This document shows positions 40,891 to 54,598 of a stretch of DNA of 64,000 bases, one piece after another (position 1 is the first letter of the stretch; every line of letters starts with the position of its first letter). This DNA is from Eledone cirrhosa. Taxonomy: Eukaryota. The position numbers and the translations under genes are program-made. The notes under the pieces were generated by a model. The model was given only the letters and a program-made list of their open reading frames with translations. It searched no databases and was not told the DNA's origin. The DNA lies in contig OZ024756.1 in NCBI GenBank assembly GCA_964016885.1, positions 38,874,001-38,938,000 on the forward strand, in the 5' to 3' direction.

Positions 40891-42302
40891 GTTTGTTTAC
40901 TTCTATTCATTTTTAAGAGACGCTTGTCTCAATCGAAGACGTAACAAGACGGAATTTGTAGTGAATATAAATATAAAAATATTTAAAAAAAAAGATTATC
41001 TCACATCATACCGAATCCATGAGATTTTGGTATTATTTATTTTGAGAGCAATACCTTAAAGTCGGTATGAGTAGCAAGTTGCGACTGGTTTGGACAGTAA
41101 GAGGTGAGAGAATTCTGGCCAGATACAGCCAGTTCAACTGCTAAAGGGTTAACTAAACATAGCAGTTATTATCGGCTGCCACAATCAAAGGAACAATAAT
41201 TCTCACCCCGTTATTTGGTTATTGCTAAGAACAGAACATACTCTAAACTTTTACATTTTACATAAATTTCACAGGGCTTCATTTCTCAGATTGATATTTG
41301 GCAGAAGCATGGTGGCGGGGATTTGCCTGTCTAAAAACGTGATAGAATGGATTTATATGTATCATTATAAGGATAATGATAATAATTATAATGGAAATTA
41401 TTGTGTACAGTGCTCAGGTGCACTACAACTCATCAAAGGTGCATGTATAGTCCATAGAATATTGTACAAATAACAGGAAAGTGAACAGTGTATGAGTCAT
41501 GATATACACACAGACACACATACTTTCGTGCATGTGTATGGAGGGGGAATATCAGGTGTAGCGTTGGCGATTTCAGGAAGCATGGAAGTTTTGAAGGATG
41601 CAGTGTCCCGACAGCTAACAACTGATGCAGGTAGTTTGTTCCATGCTTCAGCAACTCTGAGCGTGAAAAAAATGTTTCCGAAAGTTATGTTTGCTTGCTT
41701 ATTTGTGTGTGTGATAGTTATTGCGATAATCTTATGAGAGAAATATATGTGTAAATATGTCACGCAGTAATACAGAGTACACGACCTCCCATGGGTACAA
41801 GCTGAAGCATATAAACAATATGCCCCCCACACCCCCCACCGCAAGGTGGTCGTGGAGGTGCCACGGCAAAAAAGCACCCAGCCCACACTGTAAAGTGGAC
41901 GTGTAGGCGCCACGGAAAAAGCACCCAGCACTCAGTGTAAATGAGGTTGGTGTTAGGAAGGGCATCCAGCTGTAGATATCAAGCCAGATCAGTTCCTGTA
42001 TGAGCAAGGCATGGTCAGCCGACCAGACACTGCCCACAACAGGACAACCCGTCTAACCCATGCTAGCGTGGAAGAACGGACGTAAAACGGTGATGATGAT
42101 GATGATGATGATGATGTGTAAATATTTTCGTTAAAATAACATTTTGTTTGCTACAATCGGGCAGTGGACAAGTAATGAATGGTGGAAACCAGAGATCCCT
42201 GGATTATATGGAAATAGACTTCGTCTTTTGTCAGGCTAGGATTGTTAAAATAATTAGCAGAAATAGACTTGATAGAGTCGTGGTCTTGAGGACTCTGCGA
42301 GA

Positions 42303-42545
42303 GTTTGGTGTTAATTGATATAGAGAGGGGGGATTGGAAGAGAGTTCCGTGTAATAGATATAGAGAGGGGGAGGATTTGGTGTTAATTGATATAGAGAGG
42401 GGGGATTGGAAGAGACTTCCGTGTAATAGATATAGAGAGGGGGAGGATTTAGTGTTTATTGATATAGAGAGAGGGGGGATTGGAAGAGACTTCCGTGTAA
42501 TAGATATAGAGAGGGGGAGGATTTGGTGTTAATTGATATAGAGAG
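42303..42545. repeat. ~72-bp purine-rich tandem repeat decaying towards ~43000
   Basis: tttggtgttaattgatatagagagggggg..., three or more copies. Confidence 0.8.
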
Positions 42546-43127
42546 AGGTATTTGGGAGAGACAGTATCGTAAAAGATATTGAGGGTGGGTGGGGTGGATA
42601 GAGAGAGACTGAACGATTACGAGAGAGTGTGGTAGAGATGGTGAGGGGGAGAGTTTGGAGATGATTGATATAAAGAGGGAGATTGGGAGAGTGATTTGTA
42701 TGTTAGATATAGAGAGGGGGAGAATTTGGTGGTTGTAGATATAGAGAGAGGGATGAGAGAGTGTCGTGCAGTAAATATAGAGAGTGGGAGAGTTTAGGGG
42801 TGATTGATATAGAGAGGGGGATTGGCAAAGATAAGTGTCAATATTTATAGAGAGGGGTGAGTCTATTAGTGTTAAATATAGAGAGGGAGATACGAAGGTG
42901 GTGTCGTTGTAGATATAGAGAAGAGGAGAGTTTGGTTTTAGTAGATACAGAGAGGTGGATTAAAAGAGAGTTTTGTGTGACAGACATAGAGAGGAGAAGA
43001 GCTTGGTGGATCATCACACAAGACAGCTGATCCTGTGAGTGCGCAGGTGCAACTTTAGAGTAACAAAGCTGACCAATAGTCATATCACAGTCTTAGACTT
43101 TGGGATTCCCTCAAAGGTTTCTGAACC

Positions 43128-44627
43128 AAAAAGGGTTCCGCGTTTGAAAAGGTTTGGGAAACCTTGATTTAGACTATTGTATTCCCTCATAAGTTAGGCA
43201 GCAAAAAGGGTTCCGCGTTTGAAAAGGTTTGGGAAACCTTGATTTAGACTATTCTATTCCCTCATAAGTTAGGCAGCAAAAAGGGTTCCGCGTTTGAAAA
43301 GGTTTGGGAAACCTTGATTTAGACTATTGTATTCCCTCATAAGTTAGGCAGCAAAAAGGGTTCCGCGTTTGAAAAGGTTTGGGAAATCTTGATTTAGACT
43401 ATTGTATTCCCTCATAAGTTAGGCAGCAAAAAGGGTTCCGCGTTTGAAAAGGTTTGGGAAACCTTGATTTAGACTATTGTATTCCCCCATAAGTTAGGCA
43501 GCAAAAAGGGTTCCGCGTTTGAAAAGGTTTGGGAAACCTTGATTTAGACTATTGTATTCCCCCATAAGTTAGGCAGCAAAAAGGGTTCCGCGTTTGAAAA
43601 GGTTTGGGAAACCTTGATTTAGACTATTGTATTCCCCCATAAGTTAGGCAGCAAAAAGGGTTCCGCGTTTGAAAAGGTTTGGGAAACCTTGATTTAGACT
43701 ATTGTATTCCCTCATAAGTTAGGCAGCAAAAAGGGTTCCGCGTTTGAAAAGGTTTGGGAAATCTTGATTTAGACTATTGTATTCCCTCATAAGTTAGGCA
43801 GCAAAAAGGGTTCCGCGTTTGAAAAGGTTTCGGAAACCTTGATTTAGACTATTGTATTCCCTCATAAGTTAGGCAGCAAAAAGGGTTCCGCGTTTGAAAA
43901 GGTTTGGGAAACCTTGATTTAGACTATTGTATTCCCTCATAAGTTAGGCAGCAAAAAGGGTTCCGCGTTTGAAAAGGTTTGGGAAACCTTGATTTAGACT
44001 ATTGTATTCCCTCATAAGTTAGGCAGCAAAAAGGGTTCCGCGTTTGAAAAGGTTTGGGAAATCTTGATTTAGACTATTGTATTCCCTCATAAGTTAGGCA
44101 GCAAAAAGGGTTCCGCGTTTGAAAAGGTTTGGGAAATCTTGATTTAGACTATTGTATTCTCTCATAAGTTAGGCAGCAAAAAGGGTTCCGCGTTTGAAAA
44201 GGTTTGGGAAATCTTGATTTAGACTATTGTATTCCCCCATAAGTTAGGCAGCAAAAAGGGTTCCGCGTTTGAAAAGGTTTCGGAAATCTTGATTTAGACT
44301 ATTGTATTCCCTCATAAGATAGGCAGCAAAAAGGGTTCCGCGTTTGAAAAGGTTTGGGAAATCTTGATTTAGACTATTGTATTCCCTCATAAGTTAGGCA
44401 GCAAAAAGGGTTCCGCGTTTGAAAAGGTTTGGGAAATCTTGATTTAGACTATTGTATTCCCTCATAAGTTAGGCAGCAAAAAGGGTTCCGCGTTTGAAAA
44501 GGTTTGGGAAATCTTGATTTAGACTATTGTATTCCCTCATAAGTTAGGCAGCAAAAAGGGTTCCGCGTTTGAAAAGGTTTGGGAAACCTTGATTTAGACT
44601 ATTGTATTCCCCCATAAGTTAGGCAGC
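43128..44627 (+). repeat. 75-bp satellite, ~20 near-identical copies
   Basis: Unit caaaaagggttccgcgtttgaaaaggtttgggaaaccttgatttagactattgtattccctcataagttaggcag. Confidence 0.95.
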
Positions 44628-46819
44628 GAATTGGCAGAGTCGTTAGAATATTGGATGGACTGCTTTGCGATGTTTATTCCGGCTCTATACGCTGTGAATT
44701 CAAATCATGTCAAGGTCAACTTTACCCCTTCATCTTTTCGAGGTCGATAAAATAAGTACCTGTCCAGTTGATTCTTCTTCTATATTTCTGAGGTCGATTG
44801 TTCTATATCTCTTTCCTTTACACCAGGGTTCCCTGGTAGTAGGGTAGGCCTAATTGATGATCTACTTGCCCTTGGGTAGCAGAGTAAGCCTCGTTCATGG
44901 CCTTGTTTAACACCACCACCTGTTATTTGGTTGCAGGGTTTCACAAACTTTTCAAATGCGTTACCTTTTTGGGGGGTCAGAAACTTTTGGAGGAACCCCA
45001 AAGTCTAATACTGATATAAGGTCGTAATATAAATATACTCCTCTACCTTTTTTACATGGGACCCCAGACATTCCTTTGCGGAACCGTCTTTGGGAACCAC
45101 AGCTCTAGAAGAAATCGGCTGTGCTCAGATCTAGAGAAGGGATGGACTCAGCCATGTTTTAAATGTCTGAAACACGCCGCATGTCACCACGGCGCCCCTA
45201 CGAATCCGTCAAGATTTTCAGGTCCATACATAAATACATTCCTCCAAGTGTCATACTTTTTGTTTTTGTTTTTATAGATCCATAATTAAATATTCTAAAT
45301 ATTTTAGTTTGAGACACAGAAATCGATTATGGGAAACAATAATTCCAGCTAACATTTGAAACTATGATGTTTAATGAAACGAAAAAATTAATGTTAACAC
45401 GTGTATAATCAGTTATTTGAAAATCTTCCCAACTTAAAGTTCAACTTTATCAACGTATGTATTTTCTCATGGTTACACTCAAAATATGACCCAACCCCAC
45501 CACTGTGGCAACTCATATATTAACATATTATCGTTATTAATGCTTGCATTTTTTACTAACTCCTTTATGAAACCTTACTGAACATTAGTGAAGATCCTAA
45601 TTTGATCAAATAACTATTATTCAATGTAATAGCATTGTTCTCAATGTTTCTGTAAATTGACCTTTTCCATGTATTAATGTAATACAGTAGACTGAGAAAG
45701 AAACATTTATTGAGAAGTTATCTCTTAAACCATCCTTACTCACGCGTTCTATTTAGCATGAAATTAAGGATTTATCATTATTTCGCTATTGCAAGAACGG
45801 TCAACGTAGCTTTTTGAAATTATATGTACGAAGCATTAAAGATAATTCGGCTTGTGGTATTTAGTTTAAAGTCTGTAAGCTATAAAGAAACTGTACTCCA
45901 TCTCAGGCGTTGGTTTGTGTTGTTATGAATTAAACACTTACCAGGAAATTTCCCTGGAGATAAAAGAGATTCACCGCCTCGTCTAAATGGAATCCTAGAA
46001 GGAAATAAATCAGGATAATTAGTAAACGTAACGCTGCGAATGTTATAGTATTGGTAACTGTATGTACTCCGCTGATAAAATATTGATCGACATTGAATTA
46101 AAATGGCCGTCATAATGCCAGTCGCTCGTTCTACATTTATTGATCGGCGATCAAAATAAATGCATAAATGAATATAAATATAAAGATAATAAACGAAACA
46201 AATAAATATATGAAAGCCAAAAAGAAAAAAAAAATGAAAGAAAAAAGAAAATAAAGGAAGAAAGAACGAAAAGAGAAAAGGTTTCAATAATATCTGTATT
46301 TCTTTTTTAAGAATATTATTTTGAATTGGCGTCAATATAAAGAATGTTAGCAGCAGTAACAACAGCCATTGACCAGTGGCTTTACAGCCAAAACGGAAGG
46401 ATAAGGAAAGGTGATAGAAAGAGCGAATTTGATGCAGTCAGTAAACGAAACGGTTATTGTCTTCTGCTGTGACAGCAAAAATCTAAGTGGTTATCACTGG
46501 CGATGTTGTCACCCTTACTACAACGACAACAACGACGATAACCATCACCATTATAATCACCACTACGACTATGAACATTATTTCAATGATTATTATTGTT
46601 GTACTATCACACCACCCTTACTTCTAGACTGTACGGTCGTCTGCTTCAACCGTTGTCATGGCGTTAGTCGTTGTCGTAAAAAAAAAATGTCTGAAATATC
46701 AATAATCCTCACCAACAGTTCATTAGTTATTCATTGCTAGCCATGGACATCTTGTTTAAACGATGTAAATCTGGGTTTGATAGCATCTCAGCAGTGGCAG
46801 GAACAGCAGCTGTGGTATG

Positions 46820-46880
46820 GTGGTGGTAGTAGTGGTAGTGGTGGTGGTGGTGGTGGTGGTAGAAGTAGTAGTATTAATGA

Positions 46881-46911
<31 letters not shown>

Positions 46912-47680
46912 GGTGGTAGAAGTAGTAGTATTAATGGTAGTAGTAGTAATAACGGTGGTATTAGTGACGGTGGTAGTAGTAGTAGTAGTAGTAGTGGTAG
47001 TGGTGGTAGTAGTAGTAGTAATAGTAGTGATGGTAGTAGTGGTGGTAGTACTTATTATAATAGTAGTAGTAGTAGTAGTTGTAGCAATAGTAGTAGTAGT
47101 AGTAGTAGTAGTCACTAAAAAAATGAGTATATAAGCAGTTGGTGTACTAGTATAAGACTATGACCAGCAGTTGTGCTGCATCGCTGTCTTGTACATTAGA
47201 TTAGTAGTAACAGTAGTAGTGGTGGTACACTAACAGTCTCACCTGTACTAGTATTAATAGTAGTAGTAGTGGTAGTGGTGGTTGTAGTAGTATTAATAGT
47301 AGTAGTAGTGGTAGTGGTGGTTGTAGTAGTAGTAATAGTAGTAGTAGTAGTAGCAATAGTAGTAGTTGTAGTAGTAGTAATAGTGGTAGTGGTATTAGTA
47401 GTGGTGGTTGTAGTAGTAGTTGTAGTAGCAATAGTAGTAGTTGTAGTAGTAGTAGTGGTAGTTAGTAGTAGTGGTAGTAGTAGTAGTGGTAATAGTAGTA
47501 GTAGTGATAGTAGTAGTAGTAGTAGTAGTAGTGATAGTAGTAGTAGTAGTAGTAGTAGTATTCTAGTTTACATCCCTCTATAGTTGACAAAATAAGTACT
47601 AGTAGTACTAGTAGTACTAGTAGTACTACTAGTACTAGTACTACTAGTAGTACTAGTAGTACTACTAGTACTAGTACTAG
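46820..47680. repeat. (AGT)n/(GGT)n low-complexity tract
   Basis: Direct reading; similar tracts at 26990-27200, 31720-31885 and 32245-32325. Confidence 0.9.
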
Positions 47681-48019
47681 TAAAGAATTGGTGTTGATTT
47701 CATCAAACAGTCCTTCCTAAATATCTGACCTCGTCTGACCTCGTCTCTAATTAATCATTGATTATAAGCTGCACCGAATTACCTTAAATCGCCCTCACCC
47801 CATCCTGTTATTCTCTAGTTCTGGTCAGTGGGCCGCAGCCCTAACACCGCCACACCCTAGGTCTAAGGCCCTTCACCTTCCCTCCTCCTCCTCCTCCTCC
47901 TCTTCCTCACATTCTTCTGTGACCCCCAGAAGAGCCCTTGCATTTCCCTTCATTTCCCGTTTTTAAATATCTGTAGTGTTGTTGTTATTTGAAATAGATT
48001 TGATTACGATTTTTAATGA

Positions 48020-48560
48020 TTTCATTTATTGGCCACAAGGGCCGACATGTAGGGGACAATAAAAATACAGGGGCAGTGGGGGGGGGGGGGGTTTACAATA
48101 AGGTCGAGTAAAAGTGCACAATGGCAAGACTAATTTAACAATGAAGATATACAAATATAAAATAAACTATGTAACAAAATAAATAAATTCCCCTATCGGG
48201 GGTGGACGACCCAGGGGTGACTCAGGTACCCCACCAATCCTGAACCACCCTGCGCTTCTAGGGCACACAGGGAGAGCACCCCTCTCCTCAAGTTAACTAG
48301 CCTATAGGCGCATGGTCTGAGTAGACCCATTTACACGGGCCATTCTCGCCACATTCATCCACCTTTTAGCAAATGTACTGGGGGGGGGGGGCACTTCTCT
48401 CTCCACCCCCACCTTCCTCTCCATGTGAAACTTGAAGAAGTTGATGAGGGATTGGCCGAAGAGAAAAGTGTCTGTCTTCAGTCGTTTCAATCTGGTCCAC
48501 CATATAACCTCTTTCGCAACTGCCACCAGAAAGAAGGAAATTGCCTGCTCTTCCTGACCA
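48020..48560 (-). mobile_element. L1/Tx1-like LINE 3' remnant
   Basis: AVAKEVIWWTRLKRLKTDTFL...FAKRWMNVARMARV; terminus tttatt.gccacaaggg shared with the 20310 copy. Confidence 0.55.
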
Positions 48561-48934
48561 AAGGTTAATTGTTTTTAGATTTTAAATATCTTGCAAGAGG
48601 TTTTATCTTCTAATTGCAAAGATAATTTCAATTAATTGACGTTTTTTTTAAACTCAGTTGCACACACACACGCACACATATTTTATATACAAAATATTAT
48701 GCCTCCTATAGATTGGTTTCCGATTTCGGCCCCAGGCCAGCAAATTTGGGAGAAGGGGAAAGGTTAACGATATCGAGCCCGAGTACTTAACTGGTACTCC
48801 ATTTATTGACCTCGGAAGGATGGAAAGTTGACCTTAGTGGGATTTGCACTTAGAATGTAGAGAACCAGAATGAAATACCACCATTGAATGTTATCCGACG
48901 TTCTACCAATTTTGCCAACCCACCACCCTTGCCT

Positions 48935-50162
48935 CTTAGACCTGATCTGTACCGATCGTTGAGCTTTGTATACATAAAGTCTTCTTTAGATAAACCTGAC
49001 CTATACCGATAGTTGAGCCGTGTTGTGTACATAAAGTCAACTTTAGATAAATCCGATCTGTACCGATAGTTGAGCTGTTGCATACATAAAGTCAACTTTA
49101 CACATACCTGATCTGTACCGATAATTGAGCCGTGTTGTATACATGAAGTCAACTTTATATAGACTTGATCTGTACCGATATTTGAGTCGTGTTGTATACA
49201 TAAAGTCAACTTTACATAGACCTGATCTCTACCGATAGTTGAGCCGTGTTGTATACATGAAGTCAACTTTATATAGACTTGATCTGTACCGATAGTTGAG
49301 CCGTGTTGTATACATAAAGTCAACTTTACATAGACCTGATCTCTACCGATAGTTGAGTCGTGTTGTATACATAAAGTCAACTTTATATAGACGTGATCTC
49401 TACCGATAGTTGAGCCGTGTTGTATACATGAAGTCAACTTTATATAGACTTGATCTGTACCGATAGTTGAGCCGTGTTGTATACATAAAGTCAACTTTAC
49501 ATAGACCTGATCTCTACCGATAGTTGACTCGTGTTGTATACATAAAGTCAACTTTACATAGACTTGATCTCTACCGATAGTTGAGTCGTGTTGTATACAT
49601 GAAGTCAACTTTATATAGACTTGATCTGTACCGATAGTTGAGCCGTGTTGTATACATAAAGTCAACTTTACATAGACCTGATCTCTACCGATAGTTGAGC
49701 CGTGTTGTATACATAAAGTCAACTTTATATAGACTTGATCTCTGCCGATAGTTGAGTCGTGTTGTATACATGAAGTCAACTTTATATAGACTTGATCTGT
49801 ACCGATAGTTGAGCCGTGTTGTATACATAAAGTCAACTTTACATAGACCTGATCTCTACCGATAGTTGAGCCGTGTTGTATACATAAAGTCAACTCTACA
49901 TAGACCTGATCTCTACCGATAGTTGAGTCGTGTTGTATACATAAAGTCAACTCTACATAGACCTGATCTCTACCGATAGTTGAGTCGTGTTGTATATATA
50001 AAGTCAACTCTACATAGACCTGATCTCTACCGATAGTTGAGTCGTGTTGTATACATAAAGCCAACTCTACATAGACTTGATCTCTACCGATAGTTGAGTC
50101 GTGTTGTATACATAAAGCCAACTCTACATAGACCTGATCTCTACCGATAGTTGACTCGTGTT
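48935..50162. repeat. 60-bp satellite, ~20 copies
   Basis: agacctgatctctaccgatagttgagccgtgttgtatacataaagtcaactttacat; 20-codon periodicity. Confidence 0.95.
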
Positions 50163-52324
50163 AAAATCAAGTTTATTCATACATGTCGATGAAATTCAAA
50201 TATGTCATTTTAAATATATTTGACTAGTCCAGTATTTGTGTATTCGAGACATTTGTACTATCCAGGCATCTGTGATTGTGATATGGATGGGTATGGTCTG
50301 TCCACTGACACACACACATGGAACCCATGCTGCTTGGAGTTCAGTAGATTGTTGGTATCAAGAAAGTGAGATACACACATTAATGATATCTGATGTTGTT
50401 TGACTAGTATGTATTTTGTCAAACCCCGGAGAATTCAAAGACAAGGGATTACCTCAGGGCTGCAACATACGTCCCTTGGGCAAAATCTGATCTATCGATT
50501 AATTGTTTCGGTACCATATTGAAATAGATTCTTCATCAACATAAACATTAAAAACAACAAAAAAACAAAAACAAACAAAAACAACAAAAACAACAACATA
50601 TTGAATATGTTATAAATTAATATTGGTTCCTGATTTAGGGACAAGGCCATCAATTTTGGGGGGAGGGGAAAGACAATTAAATCGACCCCAGTACATTACT
50701 GGTACTTTATTTTATCGATCTTGTAAGGTTGAAAGGCAAAGCTAACCTCGACAGGATTTGAACTCAGATCGTAAAGGGGCGTAACACTATGCAATAAAGC
50801 ATGTTGTCCGACGCTCTACCAATTCTGCTAATCCACTGCTCTGTTATAAATTAATATTAATATATTATTACGGAATATATTTCGTCATTGAAATAAACTG
50901 GTAGTAAGGACATGAAATATAAACTCTGGAAAATAGAGAACTATTGGGTAGATACGATAGCATGGCGAATTTAGGAAGTCTTTTCTAAAGTATGCCCTCA
51001 CCCCGGTCGATAGAATCCATACCAGTAATATACCACGTCTCCCAATGTGTCAGTTTAAGAGAGGATGTAAAAAGCCCCTCATCATTAAATTCCTAAATAA
51101 AAAAATAAAAAAAACTGGCCGCTAGAACAGCCGTTAGAACAGCTAAATGCTGTCAAAGACAGTGATGGGCAAAAATGTCTCAGAGGACAGAGACCAGTGG
51201 CCAGTGGTCAACAGAGAGACAATCCACAAGGTAGGTGACAAGTAGATGAAATATAGAAAAGATTGAAAGAGGAGGAGGACAAGGAGAAGTGTGTTGTTTT
51301 TATTAGAATTTTGAGCGAAGATTCGTTTAAATAATCTCTTTGAATTAAAGAACATTGTTAATGTCTTTAGAACAGGCACGAACACAGTGCCTCCTCCCCG
51401 AGATTTGATCTGAATTTTATGTCTACATAGAAATCAATAATTACGTGTGTTGGAAATCGTATACTTTAATACACCTCCCCTCCACCTTATCCCACTATGG
51501 TATTAATGTAATCGCCCCCCCCCCCCTCCCTCCCAAATCAAAACAAGCCTGTGGGATTTATTCCGACACACTCCATACTTACCACAGGCTAAAGAAATAA
51601 GCGAGTTAATATATATAATATTCGATAGATAGCCTTTAAATATAAATGTTTCTTATAAAAACTTTTAATATCGTCCGTGTAAGAAGGTATAAACAGTAGT
51701 ATTAAGGTGGTAGTGGTGGTGTTGGCAGTGGTTATAACGGATGTTACAAACTTGCAGCATGACTCACTGACCCAGAAGAATTATTTCTTTTTTTTCTTTT
51801 CTTTTTTGTTGTTGTTTGTTTCCCTAGCATTTCAGGTTCACCACAATAATTAACTACTATTAAATTTAGTTGTTGACTATGAATGAACCTGTATCTCACT
51901 TTTAAAATCCAATCAATGATCGCCTCTAAATATATATTTGTTCTAAACAACTTCTTTTGTTAAACAAATCTTTAATATCTCTCAATTCACAAAGTCACAA
52001 ACACACAAAAAGAAAACAAGAAAAAATTCCACTAACTTCATCGTCATCGAACTCTGTTTTAAATATCCATTTTGTTGGATTCTAGTCAATTTGCAAAGTA
52101 TTTGAGGTATCGATTATTTTTTATTGTTGAAGTTGAATGAAAAAAAATTGTTTTAAAATTTCCATAAATTTTAATTGGCATTTCTTTGAGTAGATTTTAA
52201 TAATTCCTTCTAAAGAATACAATAAATAATAAAGATTTATCTCAAATAATAAGCAGCAATGATGACAAAGACGAAAGTACGATATATATATATATATTTT
52301 GATATATATATATATATATATATA

Positions 52325-52402
52325 TAGGGTGTCCCCCAAAAATATATACACACTTTTTATTAGAATGCTGTTGAAGTGTGTATACATTTTTGCGGGACAC
52401 TG
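52325..52402. mobile_element. ~78-bp Tc1/mariner-like MITE in a (TA)n tract
   Basis: agggtgtccc...aaaatatatacacactt / aagtgtgtatacatttt...gggacactg; second copy at 56795-56870. Confidence 0.65.
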
Positions 52403-52450
52403 TATATATACACACATTTATATTTATTATATATTTATTATTTATTAATA

Positions 52451-52483
<33 letters not shown>

Positions 52484-53784
52484 GCATTTAAGTGAACGTT
52501 ATTTTGTTATTTTCAGAATAAACTTATTTGTCAAAAAAAAAAATTTAATTAAAAAAAAAATATTATAGAACGAACGAAAGAAGAAATAAATATCCATCTA
52601 ATATTTCGAAAGGGTAGTTCATTTAAGTATGAAGAAGACCATTAATAGATTGTAAGAAGTAAGTAGCTAGCCGCTGGCTGGTCGGACAAATGAAAGCTGG
52701 ACCTGGCTGCTTTAGCTATGCTATTTAACTGCCTTATGGGCTTCACTCAATATTTATCGCTAGAAAATATCTTAGGCATCACATATTAGACAAATTTATA
52801 AATAATTTCCTGTTTGCCGAGTGTCAACGTTAGTAACGAAGAAAAAAAAAATAACAACCGAATATTATAATACTCAACCTCTGGGAAGATATGACAGCGG
52901 TTTTCTAATCGTATCAATCATAAATATTATGTAATAAATAATTCTAGAAATATATGTTTACTTTTTAACTGCAGTTTTAACTATTAAGTTGAAGAATACC
53001 GAATGTATTCTAAGTTTGTCAGTGTAACCTGATAGGCTCAAAACTAAATTCCATTCAAATCTGAAGCACCCTTTTTTTTTTTTTTTGGACCAGGTTCAAT
53101 ATGACCTGACCGTAGTTAAATATATTTTTATTGGTTTTATATTTACATATTTAGTTATTTAATACTTTTTTTAATATAATAAATTTAATTAAAAACTGTT
53201 TTAAATTCACATTGCTATATAAAGTCGACGGAAATTTTTATTGAAATATATTAACACTAAAAAATAATAATAAAACTAATAGTAATAAAATTGAAGTCTA
53301 AAATAAACATCTGTAATCATTGACCACTCCGATAAAACATGTTCCTTTTAAAAAAAAAAATTAAAGTTTCTTTTGTTTAAGTATTGATTTAAAAAAAACG
53401 ATCAATATAATTATTATATTCTTTAGGAAATCTGTTAATAAGGGTATTAAATATTCAATAATAAAATTTGGCCGACGGCTTTTTTGTCTTTTGTCTTTGT
53501 GTGTGTGTGTAAGTCTCTCTTCTATTTTGATATCAATCTTAAATAGCAGTTCTCAATCATGTGTCACAAGTACTTGCAAGTATTGCAAAATAAACCGGTG
53601 TGCCTTTCACTGTCACATATTCAATAAACAGCTTTCTATTAATAAAATAAATTATAAAAAACGAGAAACAAATAAAGCAGTTCATTGATTTTCTATTGCC
53701 AGTTTCAATAGATTTCTTATTTATATTTTATTGCTTTACTTTATTTTTAACTTCTTTAATTTTTTTTCAATAGTTAAAATTTAT

Positions 53785-53884
53785 CGCCGGAAAATGTGTG
53801 TTCTGTTTACAGATTGGTGTGACACCGTGTAATTTGTCAACTGCACCGTCTGATGGCGAAGGCCTGGATTGTATTATGTGTATG
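53785..53884 (+). promoter_or_regulatory. Candidate promoter / 5' non-coding exon of the downstream zinc-finger gene
   Basis: Unique sequence with CCGGAA (ETS-like) and GATGGCG (YY1-like) motifs ending in donor G|GTGAGT at 53885; a good acceptor lies at 61045-61046. Confidence 0.35.
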
Positions 53885-54228
53885 GTGAGTGTTTATTTTG
53901 TTAGCCGCCACAAACTGTTTTAAATCAAGACATCTCCCCTTTTAATGGCAGAAGTGTGGATCTACTTATATTATATATATACTTCCAATATATCTTTGAT
54001 GTTTGTTGTATGTGTGACCTGGTCACATAAAAAGGACACTATCTCACATACAATAAACACAACCTCAGATCTCTATCTTTCTTTACATAACTTACAACGC
54101 ATTTTATATGTTGTGATGTATTTATTTATTTATATCTCTACACACTTACACTCCAAAATAGTTATATCTATGTCACATTCCACTTGTCCTTTCGTTATAC
54201 TTTATAAATTACACCTTTAGTTATATAT

Positions 54229-54262
<34 letters not shown>

Positions 54263-54542
54263 ATATATATATAATATATTATATTATATATATAATATAT
54301 TATATATATATATATATATAATATATATATATATATTTCTCAGGATTCAATCGTAACGTGAACCACTATCGATTCTTACCGAAGTTAATATTTCAATTCT
54401 AAAGCTATCAGCCGAGCTGAGACTAACTTAAATATGTAAATGTTTATGTTGGAAAGCTTACTATCTCTTTTTGAATATTTAATTCCTTAATTCCTAGTAT
54501 TTTGACATACACATAAATATAAATCGACAACTGATCACATCT

Positions 54543-54598
<56 letters not shown>

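Noticed and set aside
40302-40916. 204-aa Cys/Trp repeat ORF
   Set aside because: Translation of the 78-bp tandem array; it is also open on the opposite strand.
43128-44627. Regular array resembling CRISPR
   Set aside because: Units are identical end to end with no unique spacers, no cas genes are present and the context is eukaryotic.
46756-47583. Poly-Thr/Ser/Val ORFs resembling a mucin
   Set aside because: (AGT)n/(GGT)n microsatellite open in many frames.
48850-50121. 423-aa repetitive ORF
   Set aside because: Translation of a 60-bp satellite; no unique coding context or convincing splice sites.
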